Below the pieces are notes generated by a model, which had not been told where the DNA came from, did no database searches, and was given only the letters and a program-made list of their open reading frames with translations. Source: Glycera tridactyla (taxonomy: Eukaryota). From it: a stretch of DNA of 64,000 nt. Both the position numbers and the translations under genes were made by a program. How positions within the stretch are numbered: the stretch's first letter is position 1; the number at the start of each line of letters is the position of its first letter. This document shows, piece after piece, positions 48,283-59,700 of this stretch. Location of the stretch: the NCBI GenBank assembly GCA_965644265.1, contig OZ286476.1, positions 27,962,001 to 28,026,000 of the forward strand, in the 5' to 3' direction.

Positions 48283-50362
48283 TAATTCTGAATTGATTCA
48301 AATCTAATATTGATTGAGAAAATAAACATAAATTCTGTTGATACTATCGATGGGATTTTGTTCAAATCAGAACATGTAACAAACACATATAATGATGATA
48401 TGGGTGTTTCTCACCAGCTCCTCTCCAGTCATGGAGAAGAGAATCAGCGTCAATGATACCAGCTTCTTCGACCAGGGTGATTTCCTGTTTGTGTGATGCA
48501 GTCAAGGGTATCTGATCAAAATTCGGAGATCTCAGATAAGGCACTTCAAACAAAGACCACCTGGTGAGGAAGTGGACAACCTTCAATGTAAAAGTGTACT
48601 TTGGGCTCTTTCCCCCTCCCACTCACACTCGCATTTAACAGGTAGTTGAGATAATCAAAGTCAAATATCAGATTCACTCTCATCAACTCATCAGTGTTTC
48701 GAGATGTGACGTAATAACCACATACCATCATCACAGGGGTCCCGTCCAGCCTGCAGGAGTGACTGCAATAAACCTGCATATGATTACTCACAGCAGACAT
48801 CCAGAAAAATTGCTGATTTCAAAATAAAACTTTCTTAGTCCACACTCGTGCAATTATACCTATATCCTGCATAATGATGACAGATTTTTTTATTCGATAT
48901 GTATGGAAGCTGTGAAGTGCCAATGAGTGACAGATTATTATGAAAAATGAGATATTAAGTATCACCCCTGTGTGTTACCATTGATGGTGGTGAGGAGGCC
49001 TGGTCGACAGAACTAGAATCATCAGGCAATCTGCGCATGCCCAGATCCCTATTCCCCTCCCCCCCCCCCCGCTCGACCAAGACTGGAAAGGAACTAGTAT
49101 GAAACACCTGTATCATTATGTTACTTATCATAGAGAAAGTTCAAGTACATTTTGATCTTCAGGCGGTATGTCAATGGATATTTAAACAATTATTCTGAGT
49201 ACACCTGTACTGGGTGCTCAGAGTAACCAGAAATATTCTGACACGGTGTCATAGCAATAAATGACGTCATGGGAGCTTATCTCTTCACATAAGTGCAGAA
49301 TGTGCAAATGGAATTGAGACCTGCATTCTCTATTGATCAGTGAACACAACCGTGTGAAAGGCTAGAAATCCATCATTTTTATTGAGTAGTATATAGCAGT
49401 TGACAGGTGCATGATTTATTCTCCCAAGCTATCGAGAGTCAAGCCCTGACGAGAAGGGTAACATTGATGGCATCAGTACTTGAATTAGGATTATGATGAA
49501 TGGATGGCAATCTCGTTACTCGAATTGACTGCACCAGATTTGTCTTGCATATATACTGCACCTCAACAACTTCGATGGTTGTATGGAAAGATTGCATAGA
49601 TTAGAACAAGATGAAAAAGCATGAGGAGAATTCCAAAAGCATACATCTGTCAAAAGCCAAAAGTTGGAGGATATCTACTCTGTCTCTGTCTCTCTGTTTC
49701 CTGTCGGCCTGTCTCTCTTTCATTTTCTCTTTGAGTAAATATTCCGGACTAATGATCAGGTGAAAATATTTTACACAGTTGAATAGTCAAGCTTGAGAAA
49801 ATATATTCATACAAGATTCACTTGACTGAAGGGACCACCCTTAGTGGCTACCTCTTGTTTACACTATACCACCTGGATACAAAAGTCATTCATCTACAAA
49901 GGCAAATTTTCTGATTCAACCATGGATATCCACGGTACATCGGTTGGATTGTACCCCGAGTGAAGACTGTGTGAGATATTCCGAATAGATCGTGCCCATA
50001 TCAATTTGTATTGAAGCCTTCACTCAATATCAGGTGATATCAGGGCCACCTCTAGCAACTGCAATATATGAAGAGTCTGAAGATTGTCCCATTATTCATC
50101 TATGAAAGTGTGATCTTCTGAGGAAAGTCCATTCATACGGAGGCATCAGGTTTGTGAACATTGAGAAGAAATCAACATAATACACATCTAGTCATGCATT
50201 TTTCTTCAACCTTTCAGTGCTGCAAATGATATATGCAATGATAAATTCTACGAAATGTTCGGGACGTTTTTGAAGTATACTGGTGACATAATATGGACCC
50301 CTGGAGGAAAACTCCACACCCAGTGCGGAATAAACGTCAAGTATTTCCCATTTGATGAACAG
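35520..50362 (+). CDS. nAChR-like Cys-loop channel subunit, copy 2 (exons 1-5; the remainder is expected beyond the window)
   Basis: Five exons of identical length and phase to copy 1 (37, 152, 45, 113, 145 nt), open frame, alignable introns. Confidence 0.9.
36560..36711 (+). CDS. Copy 2 exon 2
   Basis: ttcag| and |gtaagc; CRELNDDERLANDLFSNYSPTGRPV. Confidence 0.93.
37375..37608 (-). ncRNA. Type I hammerhead ribozyme with a 180-nt loop III
   Basis: GGUGA-CUGAUGA-GGCC(CAUAU)GGCC-GAAA-CUCGGAAUG ...180 nt... CAUUCCGAG-U-C/UCACC: all three stems pair, full core, GUC cleavage triplet. Confidence 0.9.
38191..40857 (-). CDS. PLE reverse transcriptase plus GIY-YIG endonuclease (888 aa; frame open up to 41205)
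   Basis: KKADKG, FYLLPKIHK, PGRPIVS, TIDVTSLYTNI, GTAMGT, RYLDDI, CKYRKCRFC linker, NVIYCIQCKVCSKQYVGQT...ERFGAH. Confidence 0.95.
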   Translation of the reverse strand: MIGSIDSSRSTNEFTVTFPNSNASLTSSTNMNNSNSSTRKPFVYVDKVQSLSNLCVVAVSHLFKTHLKRYIQHLDNEDKGVINLSSAKLNENHVSLLKRGLTFCPTPGEPSIADLRRDLDSFHRKLKLRSFFGKSEEKGDAWNKIMTGQRKRENQHEKSIREYTNQSSQLSPSLAPASNTLPFQHEKFSPKSTWVPDNYPTMIESFITINELELAKIKATAPLRQNLSRDEKSSLKDLKENRDIVIKKADKGSSIVIMNRSDYIEEGTRQLSDEKFYKKVDEDLTQAHNQKVQEKLSELEEKREISIETEKYLSLDQPRTAQFYLLPKIHKNLEKPPGRPIVSANECPTEKISEFVDFFLKPLMPKIDSYLKDTSHFILEIESLSMVPRDSILATIDVTSLYTNIPISEGVESVGRFLDKHRNPNINPKNHSLLDLLDLTLRCNNFQFNESNYLQIGGTAMGTRVAPSLANIYMADFETRFIYTYSHQPIFYKRYLDDIIFIWTHGEEKLNEFLRYLNGCHHSIKFTMEASQSNINFLDTTLNKNQVGHLWLNLYSKPTDSHTFLHYKSSHPSHCKRSLPYSQMLRIRRICSYDRDFIKHIVILCCHFIRRGYPVSPLIESFQNATAKSRKDTLETQDKQMKKEDEDNDRIFLITTYSPGFNDIKLMIDRHWDFLKRSSATKVLAETCVVFGHRKPPSLRDLLVRANLPQVTTSKEKHPCSKNRNQCKYRKCRFCPVLDKTGRITSNHTARVYECKKNITCQSSNVIYCIQCKVCSKQYVGQTGNSIHERFGAHSGNIVRKNLKDDIGRHFLSPGHHGLNDMNIFILDFIYSHPKTKYALTLRLQIEFNWIQRLKIMLPLGLNTKDRTPLETGCRQWRHYRENNKYRE
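40884..42062 (-). CDS. PLE upstream ORF, basic and coiled-coil-like, one in-frame TGA at 41477-41475, open to the 5' junction
   Basis: The ORFs at 41475-42041 and 40884-41453 are in the same frame, separated by TGA plus 7 sense codons. Confidence 0.7.
42578..42622 (+). CDS. Copy 2 exon 3 (DELSQTMTINGWITT)
   Basis: tacag| and |gtgagt, 45 nt. Confidence 0.93.
43180..43450 (-). mobile_element. RTE LINE 3' remnant
   Basis: RGRKKTIYVDVLKRDV on the minus strand. Confidence 0.6.
44936..47006 (+). mobile_element. Insertion carrying a Merlin/IS1595-family transposase; termini unresolved
   Basis: Boundaries inferred from where the host LINE frame stops and resumes; no TIR or 8-bp TSD found. Confidence 0.6.
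45630..46634 (+). CDS. Merlin / ISXO2-like DDE transposase
   Basis: N-terminal Cys zinc ribbon; VEIDES, WVFGGIER, SDCWKA, HxTVNHS and HTNxIESxW motifs. Confidence 0.92.
   Translation: MASMVYDDLYEICRGREACFRFCIENGLIGDFGGPCYCCNVRNLNIREDTGQKSDGKVWRCTNKNCNYRVCIRKSSWFEGSHLDIPTILKLTYYWTYKVDQHFISRELKLGSQHTDVDWFNFAREVCVEILEKDNEQIRGVGKTVEIDESKFGEREYNRGRRVDGVWVFGGIERESKKTFFEIVEDRSANTLVPIIKKWIKPGTTILSDCWKAFIHGTVNHSIEFVSEEGVHTNMIESTWRSLKTSLPRFGTVKDLYSSYFAEYCIRRKYLNDSEQDRYLQFLNLINRVYKPSRSDITLIKKKQKVASNPTLDKENIPSPDINVSTSSMDDFQL
47540..47815 (+). mobile_element. MITE-like element with an internal hairpin
   Basis: Arms at 47548-47589 and 47657-47698; inverted copy at 18905-19185. Confidence 0.75.
47873..47985 (+). 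CDS. Copy 2 exon 4 (YWNDPRLVWDP...PWLPRFVIWD)
   Basis: ttcag| and ag|gtaaga, 113 nt. Confidence 0.93.
50218..50362 (+). CDS. Copy 2 exon 5 (AANDIC...CGINVKYFPFDEQ)
   Basis: ttcag| and cag|gtaaag, 145 nt. Confidence 0.94.
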
Positions 50363-52450
50363 GTAAAGCCATGATTATTCAACACCATTGATAGTCATTC
50401 CATTTTACTTGTGAATGCATTTATGAACCAACATACGTGTCAAAAAGTGTCACATAGGAATTTGTTGGACTATCCCTATGATCGCAATGATGGTGATCCT
50501 GATATTTTCTTCTTTCTGATTGGATGGGCTTACTGACCAATACGACAGTTTACCGAATAAACGATAAGGACGAAACTCGAATCATAAGAACAAAATATGG
50601 AGAGATAAGTCGAAGAAACTGGACTTCCATACTCATAACGAATGTGACGTTGTGGCTAGAACCTCTAGCCTTTGACAGACTGTGAACTCTTCAAGCTGTC
50701 ATGCGGGCACATCTGTCCGAGAGTCCAGCATAGCATCGTATTTAGCATGTAGTGATGGATGTAATGTATGCAGCTGTAGCAACAGATCAGTGAAGCATTG
50801 ATAGTGCAGCTGAAGCTGCAGTAGTGGAGAATGAAAAAAGTAACAGCAGTAGCAGTGAAGATGGCAGTGGGTGAAAACATGAAATGTAAAAGCAACAGCA
50901 GCAGCAGCAGCATCATCAACAGTAGAGTATAGAAACAGTCAAATAGCACAAGCAGAAGAATGATAAAAAACCGAACAGATGTAGTACCAGTAGTCACACT
51001 AATTGAAAGAACGAGTATAGTAGTCCAGTGGATAAGCACAATGTTAATACCGTACCTGTCTCTCCCTCAAATTTAGCATCCCCCATGCCTAATAACCTAT
51101 ACCGAATATTTCAAAACATATTGAAAGAATTCTCCCAGATGGACCTCCCGTCACTATCCGTCACTAGCACCACCTAGTGCTAAATGCCGACATATTGACC
51201 TGCCGGTCACCGCGCATGTTCACGGCGTATTTTTTTATTCGGCCATTCAAAACGGTCAAAGAAAATTCCCCAGCGAAAATTTCTAATTTTCAGCCGTTTG
51301 GATAGCCTATGCCGTTCGCGCGAGGATATATAGTGTATCGGAACTATTAGTGAACACACTCATGTAGGATTTGTTATCCCCATATTGTTTGTTCCCCTCG
51401 CTCGAGAAAATTTTGTAGCGCTGTGAAGCGCACGCTCACACGTTCGACATTGTCGAACGCTTGTTGTTGATCTAGTAACGCGCAGTTGTGCGTACGCTCA
51501 CGTTCGACATTGTCGGACGCTTGCTGTAGGTCTAGTACCAACGGACTCGCGCGAAATATAAACCTTTGAAATGTCCCCATTCATTGAATGCGGTGGCTGT
51601 GATTTTCATATCGTGTATTGAATGTCCGAAGGTATTCTTTTGCAGCTTGAAAAAAATGATTGATTGATTGTATCATTATGTCACGTCAAGGTGCCTGTGG
51701 GCACTTCCTTGTGGGTTGGGACCTCCATGAATTTTGCCCCTCATGCAGAAATTGTGGGAGAGGGCAAGATAATGGCGAGGAGGTAGTGTGTGATACTTGT
51801 GAGACCTGGACTGATGAGATGTGGCAGAAGCATTACTCCCGTAGATCTTATAAGTCTAGGAAATATGCCCAGAAGAATGAGTCATCTCCGTCCTCTTCCC
51901 AGAAAGGAGTTGAGAATGTGCAGAAGAGATCACCTAGAGTATCCCTAAAGAAGCTTGAGGATAGTGATATTCTGTCGACCTCAAAAGTTGGAAAATCTTC
52001 TAGAGCTTCCCTGAAATCTTCTGGATTGAATTGAATTGAAAATTTTATTATGCTCTACCCGGGTAGGTACGGGACCATATCGTCCCCAGGAGAGCCCAAA
52101 TAATACAACAGTCAATTGTACATTTCAAACACGAGCAACATATCACGAGGAATTACATAAATAAATACTCCATCTGGTGTGAAATAAACGCAAGTCATTT
52201 CATTCTATCTTAAGAGTTCTGTTATGTACAGCATAGGTTGTTGTGGTGGAGGTGGTGGTGGGGGTGATGTGGCGGTGGTGGTGGTGTTAGAAGTGGTGGT
52301 GGCGGCAGTGGTGGTGGCGGTGATGGTTTTGGGTTGGTGGTGTTTGTTGTGGTGGTGTTGGTGGTGGCGGTGATGGTTTTGGGTTGGTGGTGTTTGTTGT
52401 GGTGGTGTTGGTGGTGGTGGTGGTGTTGGTGTTGGTGTTTTTGTCAGCAG

Positions 52451-55370
52451 CTAGATCGCTGATCCTTGCATGAGATATGAATGTAGTTTTTTCTTGAAGC
52501 CCAGAAAGGAGTCCATATTGCAGATGGATGCTGGGAGTTTGTTCCACAGTTTCGCACTAGCAGTGAAGAAGTTGTTATCACTCATTTTCAGTCTTGATGG
52601 TGGGATAGGCAGGACCCCTTCTAATACGTTTCTTGTAATATAAGCCCGCTCCTTACAGAATAGATCCATATATCTTCGATAGAGACCAGGGGGGCATTCT
52701 CCTATTCTTATTTTGAATAGGCCACATAGTGCATGGAATTTTCTGGCTGTGGCAAGAGAGAACAGGTTAGACTCTTTCTCCAGATCTATTGTTGGGGTTC
52801 TGGGTGCTTTCAATAGACAGGTTCTTAATCCAGAGCGGGAGAGAACTTCTAACTCATTGGAAGATCGTTGGTTCAGGCCTAGGAGGAGCGAGTTGCCATA
52901 ATTGAAAATAGGCAGGATTAGAGTTTTAAGAAGATAGATAGCAGTCTTCTTGTTGATCAGGGGTCGTATTCTACGCAAGAGTGCTAGACGGGAGCGTATC
53001 TTGCCACAAACACTTGTTACATGGTTATGGAAAGTAAGGCAGGGATCCAGGTGCATACCAAGGTAACAAAAGTTGTCAACAAGGTCGAATCCAGCGACGT
53101 TGTTGTGGGCGGAGGTCGATTGTATTTTCCTCGACGTACCAAATATCATACTTTTAGATTTACTTCTGTTCAGGGACAGTTTATTATTGCGAAGCCAAGA
53201 TTCTACCCTTGTCATGTCATCTATTAGTTTCCCTTCTAAATCTTCAAATGAGCGTGCGTGTGCCATAAGGGCAGTGTCGTCAGCATACATAAAGACCTGG
53301 CAATTTTTTGTAACATTCGCCAGGTCGTTTATGTAAGCTGTAAACAGAAAGGGTCCTAAAATGGACCCCTGCGGGACACCATATTTACTCTCCCCATAGC
53401 TCGAGATTTTTTTATTACATTTTGTAGCTTGAAGCCGATTGTCAAGGTATGAGTTGAACCAGGATACGGTTGAATGCCGGAAACCTAGGGTTTGTAGCTT
53501 AAACGAGAGTATTTTGTGGTCGACCGTGTCGAATGCCTTAGTCAGGTCCAGGAAGACCACTCCACTGAGATCCCCTCTGTCCATTGCGTTATAGATGCTG
53601 TCAGTAAAGTCAATAAGGCATGTGACAGTGGAGTGGTTCTTCCTGAAGCCAGACTGGCATTCAGACAGTATATTGTGTGAGCGAGTGTATTCACTACATT
53701 GGAAATGTATGACTCTCTTAAGGAGTTTTCCAAATGTGGGCAGCACGGAAATTGGTCTGTAATTTTGTGCTTGTGTTTTGGAGCCCCGTTTAAATAGGGG
53801 TCTGACGACAGCTTTCTTCCATGCATCAGGAAATTGTCTGGCTCTAATACTCCGATTAAAAAATATTGATAAGGTGGTATCCCAGGGGGTCACCTCCGTG
53901 TTTGGTTATTTTACTGGTGATCTCGTCCTCTGCTGATGACCCTGAACTGCTTAACTTAGCCGTGGCTGCAGTATAGTCCTTTTTCTCTACATTTCTAAAT
54001 TCAAACACGGGTGGAAAAAAGGGCTGTGTAACATGTGGTATTGAGTCAATGTCAAAATTGTCGGCAAGTTTCTGTCCAATTGTCAGAAAATAGTTGTTAA
54101 ACACTTCGGCAACGTCTCCCTGGGAAATTTTATTCTCCAAAGTAATTGTAGCGTCATGTTGTGGACTGTTCGACTTGGGCCAGAACTCCCGAATGCATTC
54201 CCAGAGCTTTTTTGGGTTTTTCGAGTACTTTTTTATTTTATTTGAGATATAATCACGGCGCAGTTTTTTTCTCAGGAAATCACACCTTCTAGATGCTTCT
54301 CTCTTTTTAATTTCGTCAGCTGGTTTTTGCGTCTTTCTGAATATATTTGACCGGAATTCGCATGCGTCAACGGCAGCCAGGTATTCGTTTGTTGCCCATG
54401 GGGCATTCTTGACGCGACGAGAGCTTGTGCGCATAGGTAAATGAGTATCTAGTACTGTTTTAATCTTGATTTGAAAGTCGTCCACCGCAGTATTCAGGTC
54501 ATCATAGTCGTCAGTTGAGAAGTCTAGGTTCGCCAAGTCTCTTTGAAAGGACGACTCATCAAAATTTCGATAGGATCTGTAAGAAATAATGTGTTTTGAT
54601 TTGTCAAGTTTCTTCCTCTGACGGAAACAGAAAATGATACCGTGGTCGCTTAGGCCCGGGTCAAGACAGCCGCTGTATGTAAACTGCTGTGGGTTGTTGC
54701 AAAGTATATGATCAATACATGTGGCTGTCATGGCCGTGACCCGTGTGGGGCCGTCAATGAGATTTTTTAGGTCTAAAGATTCCATGAAGTTCTTATACTT
54801 AGTGAGATTCGTGCTTCTAGTCATAGTGTTAATGTTTAAATCACCAAGTAACAGCACATCTCCTCTATTGGAGTTCACTACATTGTCAAAGCTATCCGAG
54901 AGGGTTTTCAGGGCACTTTCCACATCTCCGTCTGGTGGACGGTATACGCTGCAGATAAAAGTTAAGCGAGTTTGTGGTAGTTTCAGTACTGTCCAGAATA
55001 ATTCAATGTCAGCATTACAGACATTACTCCCATGGACATATTCATAAACATGTCTGTGGCTAGTGTAGGCCACAATCCCACCTCCACCTCTCTTTCCAGA
55101 TGCATCCGTGCGGTCAGCACGAATAAGACTATACCCATTTATTTGTAATTCTGCATCACTTATTGAGTGGTTCAGAAAAGTCTCTGAGAGAGTGAGGAAA
55201 TCAAGTCTGCTCCGGCTTAGAAGAATTTCGATTTCATCGAATTTACGTATGAGACTGCGTATATTCAGGTGGGCAATGCCTAGTTTGGGCTGTTTGCCCA
55301 AAGCTATAGATGTATACTCTAGATCGTCGATTGGGGTTGGTGTTGGAAATAGTACTGCAGATGGTGTCAT
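52451..55370 (-). CDS. LINE ORF2 (APE plus RT), one extra base in an A6 run near 53858-53863
   Basis: HLNIRSL, YRPPDG, GDLNIN, SDHGII; YRPISVLPT, FLDLTKAFDTVDH, GVPQGSILGP, YADDT. Confidence 0.92.
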
Positions 55371-55991
55371 GGTGTGTTGGTTGGATTGTTAGGTGCGCTT
55401 TGAAGGCGTCTCACGGTTTGGGTTGTATTTTGTGGGCACGGGGCTTTCCGACAAGATCGGTTGCAGACAAATATAGACACGATCTGGGACCTTACATGCA
55501 TTAAATAGAAGGGGTTGTAGATCTAGTATCTCAAAGTAGTGCAGGATTAGATGGGATCTGTCGACTAGGGTTACATGTCATACATACAGGTAAGCAATAT
55601 AAACGTAGACAAAATGGTTGTCCTGGCTAAACAGCATGAAGAAGTAGACAGTTCTGGTTGCAACCTGTAGATAGGAGAGTAGTCATGGCTGTTTCATTTT
55701 AACATTAAATAAATGTTCCTCCGAATAGCTGATGGTGGTATATGCTGGTTTGAATAGTGCCAATGAAGAGTGTTTCACTGAGTTATGCTTCAAATCCGGA
55801 AGAAAAATTTTTGATCACACATTTTACAAATCACAAGAGTAAGTCATTCTATAGGCTTAATGAATTGGCATGGATTTTTCTTCGTGACATCATCTTCGTA
55901 TGGTTCGTGTCAGGAGATGAGCTGCATTAACAAAGAGTTCAAAGAATTCTAGCTGGGACAACACGGACATGGATGGAGCATGAAACGTTGT

Positions 55992-56794
55992 GACCTATCC
56001 CATATGGGACCTGACACGTCATTTACATGCCTAGTTTGTCGTTTCTCTATTCGTCGAGATGGTTCCATATCAACAAGAGGTTTGCCAGTTCATGGTTCTT
56101 CAGTGGACAAGTCCTACGGTCGTCGTTCTCTTTTGAGATGATTTCTGATTTGGCCTATCCCATATGGGAGCTGCCAGTTCCAGAAATTAACTCTTCGTCT
56201 AGCCTATCCCATGTGGGACCTGCCTGATTAAAGTTCCAGGGTAGATCATCTTCGCCTACCTGATGTCTTTTACAGCGACGTGGTTCCCTGATTCGAGTTT
56301 GATTCCGGCCTATCCCGTATAGGACCTGCCGAATTCGTCTTCCTGACGTCATTTCCAACACCATGTTTCCCAGATTCGAGTTAGGTTCCAGTCTATCTCC
56401 TATGGGACTTGCTGTCTCCATGTCTCAACTCAGGCCAGATGTATACGTGTTCATGACGTCATCTGCAGAATAAAGCATACAGCCAAGCAGTGGTTATATC
56501 AAGGAGGGCGGGTATCAGGGGTATATTTCCAGGTGTGCGTGGGTTGTCTTAGTTGTGGTAGTGGGCCTATCCCATGTGGGACCTGCCGTTTTTCGTCTAT
56601 CCACAATGGGTATTTCTCTACCAATGAGGCATCGAAGTGTTGTTCGTTTATGAGATATTTTCTCGTATGGCCTATCCCATATGGGAGCTGCCATTCACCG
56701 AACATATCTCGCTTGCTGGACCTGTCTACCTTAGATGGTTTTGCTCAGATGGTTCATGGAGCGTTGTTGGTGCCTAACCCATATGGGTCCTGCT
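55992..56794. repeat. Eight dispersed copies of a 24-bp palindromic motif with unique spacers
   Basis: Consensus ggcctatCCCATATGGGacctgcc; cores at 55999, 56159, 56208, 56314, 56397, 56571, 56676 and 56778. Confidence 0.9.
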
Positions 56795-59700
56795 AACGAC
56801 ACATGGATTTATAAAATGTTAGTCGTCACATTCGGATAAAGTGCTTATATAACACGATGAATATTTGTGCCATTATGTATGGTTATGCTCACGTAGCGTA
56901 GAGAATCTGACCTAATCTGGATCAATAAAATCCTCACAGGTCACTGCTAAAACTGCGAAGCAACTAGATTCTGCATCCATATCCTCTACAGAAGAGTTCG
57001 CTTTCAGACCTCCGTTAGGTCCTACTAAACCTCCTCCAAAACCTAAAAGAAAGACCTTGTCAGTTCCTGGAGTAGGGAAGGTGGTAGCCAGTTCCGGGCA
57101 GCCTATCAGTTCTCCTTCAGAATCAGAACAGGTTCGGCTGGACCAGATTACCCCTTCCAGTAGCTCATTAGAGCATACGGGCACCGGGCATCTGGGCACC
57201 AGGCATCCGGGCACCGGGCATGCCATTAGTGAAGATGAGGTGGTCAATGACTTCCTGGCAGATGAAGAAGTTGATCAGTCACCATGTAATGTCAGTTACT
57301 ATGACGATGAGGAGGAAGATCCAGAGGGGCCTGGGAATATTCACTCTAAGGGAGATGAAGCCCAGGTGACTCAGGAGGATCAGGTAGCTAATGCTAACTA
57401 TGAACAACCATCTCCTAGGGAGCATGATTCTCATACTAGCTCTACCAGTAAACAAATAATACACCAGGCAATGGTGCATAGTGTTCACGATGACAAGGGC
57501 CAACATAGGAGCTCCAGAAGCTCACAGAAATCACACCGATCACATAGCTCAGATCACAAAGCTTCGGGCACCAGGCACCGGGCATCGGGCACCGGGCACC
57601 GGGCATCAAGCACTGAGGGTAGTGATAGGTCCAAATCTGAGTCCAAGAGAACAGAGCACCGGTCATCAGATTCGAAGCAGCGATCATCGAGCACAAAAAG
57701 CAGGTCGGCATCTAAATCAAGTGTGAAAGCAGATCCGTCCAAAAAGCACAGACAGTCTAACTCGTCCAAATCACAGAAATCACATAGCTCAGAGCATCGG
57801 GCATTGGGCACCGGGCACCCAGCATCAAGCACCGGGCACCGGGCACCCAGTACTGATTTCAGTGTAAAACCTCTTCCAAAGTCTACCACAACCACTCAAT
57901 CTCACTCTAGATCTAGAATGCAACCTCCTAACCCACCTTTAGAGGTAGTTCATTCAGATAATGATATAATCATCAGCAAAGAGATTAGTGGAGATAGTAG
58001 CGATGAAAGAGATATACTTCCTACTGCCATTTTTGGAAATAAATCGAGCCCAGAATCGAACCCAGCAATGAAGCTTGCCTCAGTATTATTTCAGGGCAAC
58101 AGTAGGAGTAGTAGGATACCAGTGAGACAGGGCAAGGGTTCTGGAACACAACAAGTACCTACCTCAGTGCAGAAGATTCCTCAGAGAATTACTCAACCTC
58201 ATCCTCTTCAGTTAATACCTACACAACAAGGATGTAGGAAAAGGAAAATTACACGGAGCTGGATTCCCGAATCTAACCCATCTACCCCAAAACAACAGAA
58301 TACCCAAGGGGGGTGGTGGAATACTATGAGGAAGGCTAAGGCCTCAGCCACAGTATCTAGGGCTCCAGATGATGAGGATGATCCCTTAGTTAATGCTGAT
58401 CTTAGACAATTACCAGCAGTGGTTAGTAGCCTTCGTTCTGAACTAAATGACATGAAGCATGAACTTAGTTCAGCCAGAGATGCATCAGCAGCTGCCACAT
58501 CTGCAGTGGATAGGGACAGACAGGGAGATGAGGATGATAATGAACATCCTGCACATACACGCAGACTCCAGAAGTTCAGGAGATTCGCGGTTGAAATCCT
58601 ACCAGATTACATGGGACTCCCTGACCCCAACGATACTGATCCATGGGGAATAGGCCCGAAGATCATAGGTCGAAAGACATAGACAGACTAGTGGACACAG
58701 CTCTACCTCTTTCTCCAATGGTTCAAAATATTCATAAATTCCTGGACAGGAATTTACAGGGTAGAGAAAGACACCATCAATCGATAGAAGATGACGCCAG
58801 CCTGAGTGATTTTGTGGTGGGGAAAGGAGGACCCTCTGAGTCTTTGAATAGAACATTCAAAATGGATTATCCAGTAAGATTTTGATGCAATTCTAGGGTC
58901 TACAAAATCGGACAATCTGGTGCTGTCCCAGATGATCAATTTGTTTCTCCACCTATAGTTGATAATAATTATTATCAGTGTGGTAAATCCTCCAAGAACG
59001 ACCTCAAACCTTCTCCAGAAGAGTCTATGCTGAGAGAGGCCTTGAAAGTTTTATCATATACTGATGTGGCCTTTGGGGCAGGCATAAGATCAACACAGCC
59101 TCATGTAACCAACATACCAGACCTGGAGGAGAGAGCAGAGATTGCCATGCAGGTTGGAATGAAGGCTGTGGAACATGCCACATATATAGTTTCGAAAGTG
59201 GCATGTAATATGCAGTTGAGCAGGAGAGATGCAGCACTCAAAACATGTGGGTTTGACGAAATAGCAAAGGCCCAACTTAGATCTTTACCTCTTGGTAGGG
59301 AGCATCTCTTTTGCGGCAGACTAAATGAAGCCTCTACAGAAAGCCTCAAAAGATCCAAGATTCGCCGTAATCTAGATGAAGGATTAAGATCTAGTTATAC
59401 AACTCCCACCTCTTCAGCTGGCTTCAACCAATCATTCAAATCTCAGTCCAAGTCAGCATCGAGATCAAGGGGCAACTCTTAGAGGGGGAGGGGCAAGGGT
59501 AGAGGGTCAACACAAGTGACACAAGAACCCACAGAACAAAATCAGTTCAAATCCGCGGATCAGCCAGGTCAAAACCAAACACAGACCAGGGGCGGTAGAG
59601 GAAAGAGGCGATTCTCAGGCAGACGTTCGGGCAGGGGAAGGTATTCCCGGCCCTAGGGACTCGAGCGTCACTCTCTCATCAGATCGAGTGGGGGCGAGAT

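Larger units (their letters stand above)
52027..56915 (-). mobile_element. Near-intact APE-RT LINE with (TTCAA)n tail and 1.5-kb 5' region
   Basis: 7-bp TSD tctggat at 52020-52026 and 56916-56922; tail at 52027-52047; GGT-rich tract at 52240-52440 in the 3' UTR. Confidence 0.9.

Noticed and set aside
55992-56794. CRISPR array
   Set aside because: Eukaryotic intron and LINE context, spacer lengths vary from about 25 to 150 nt, repeats are degenerate, and there are no cas genes
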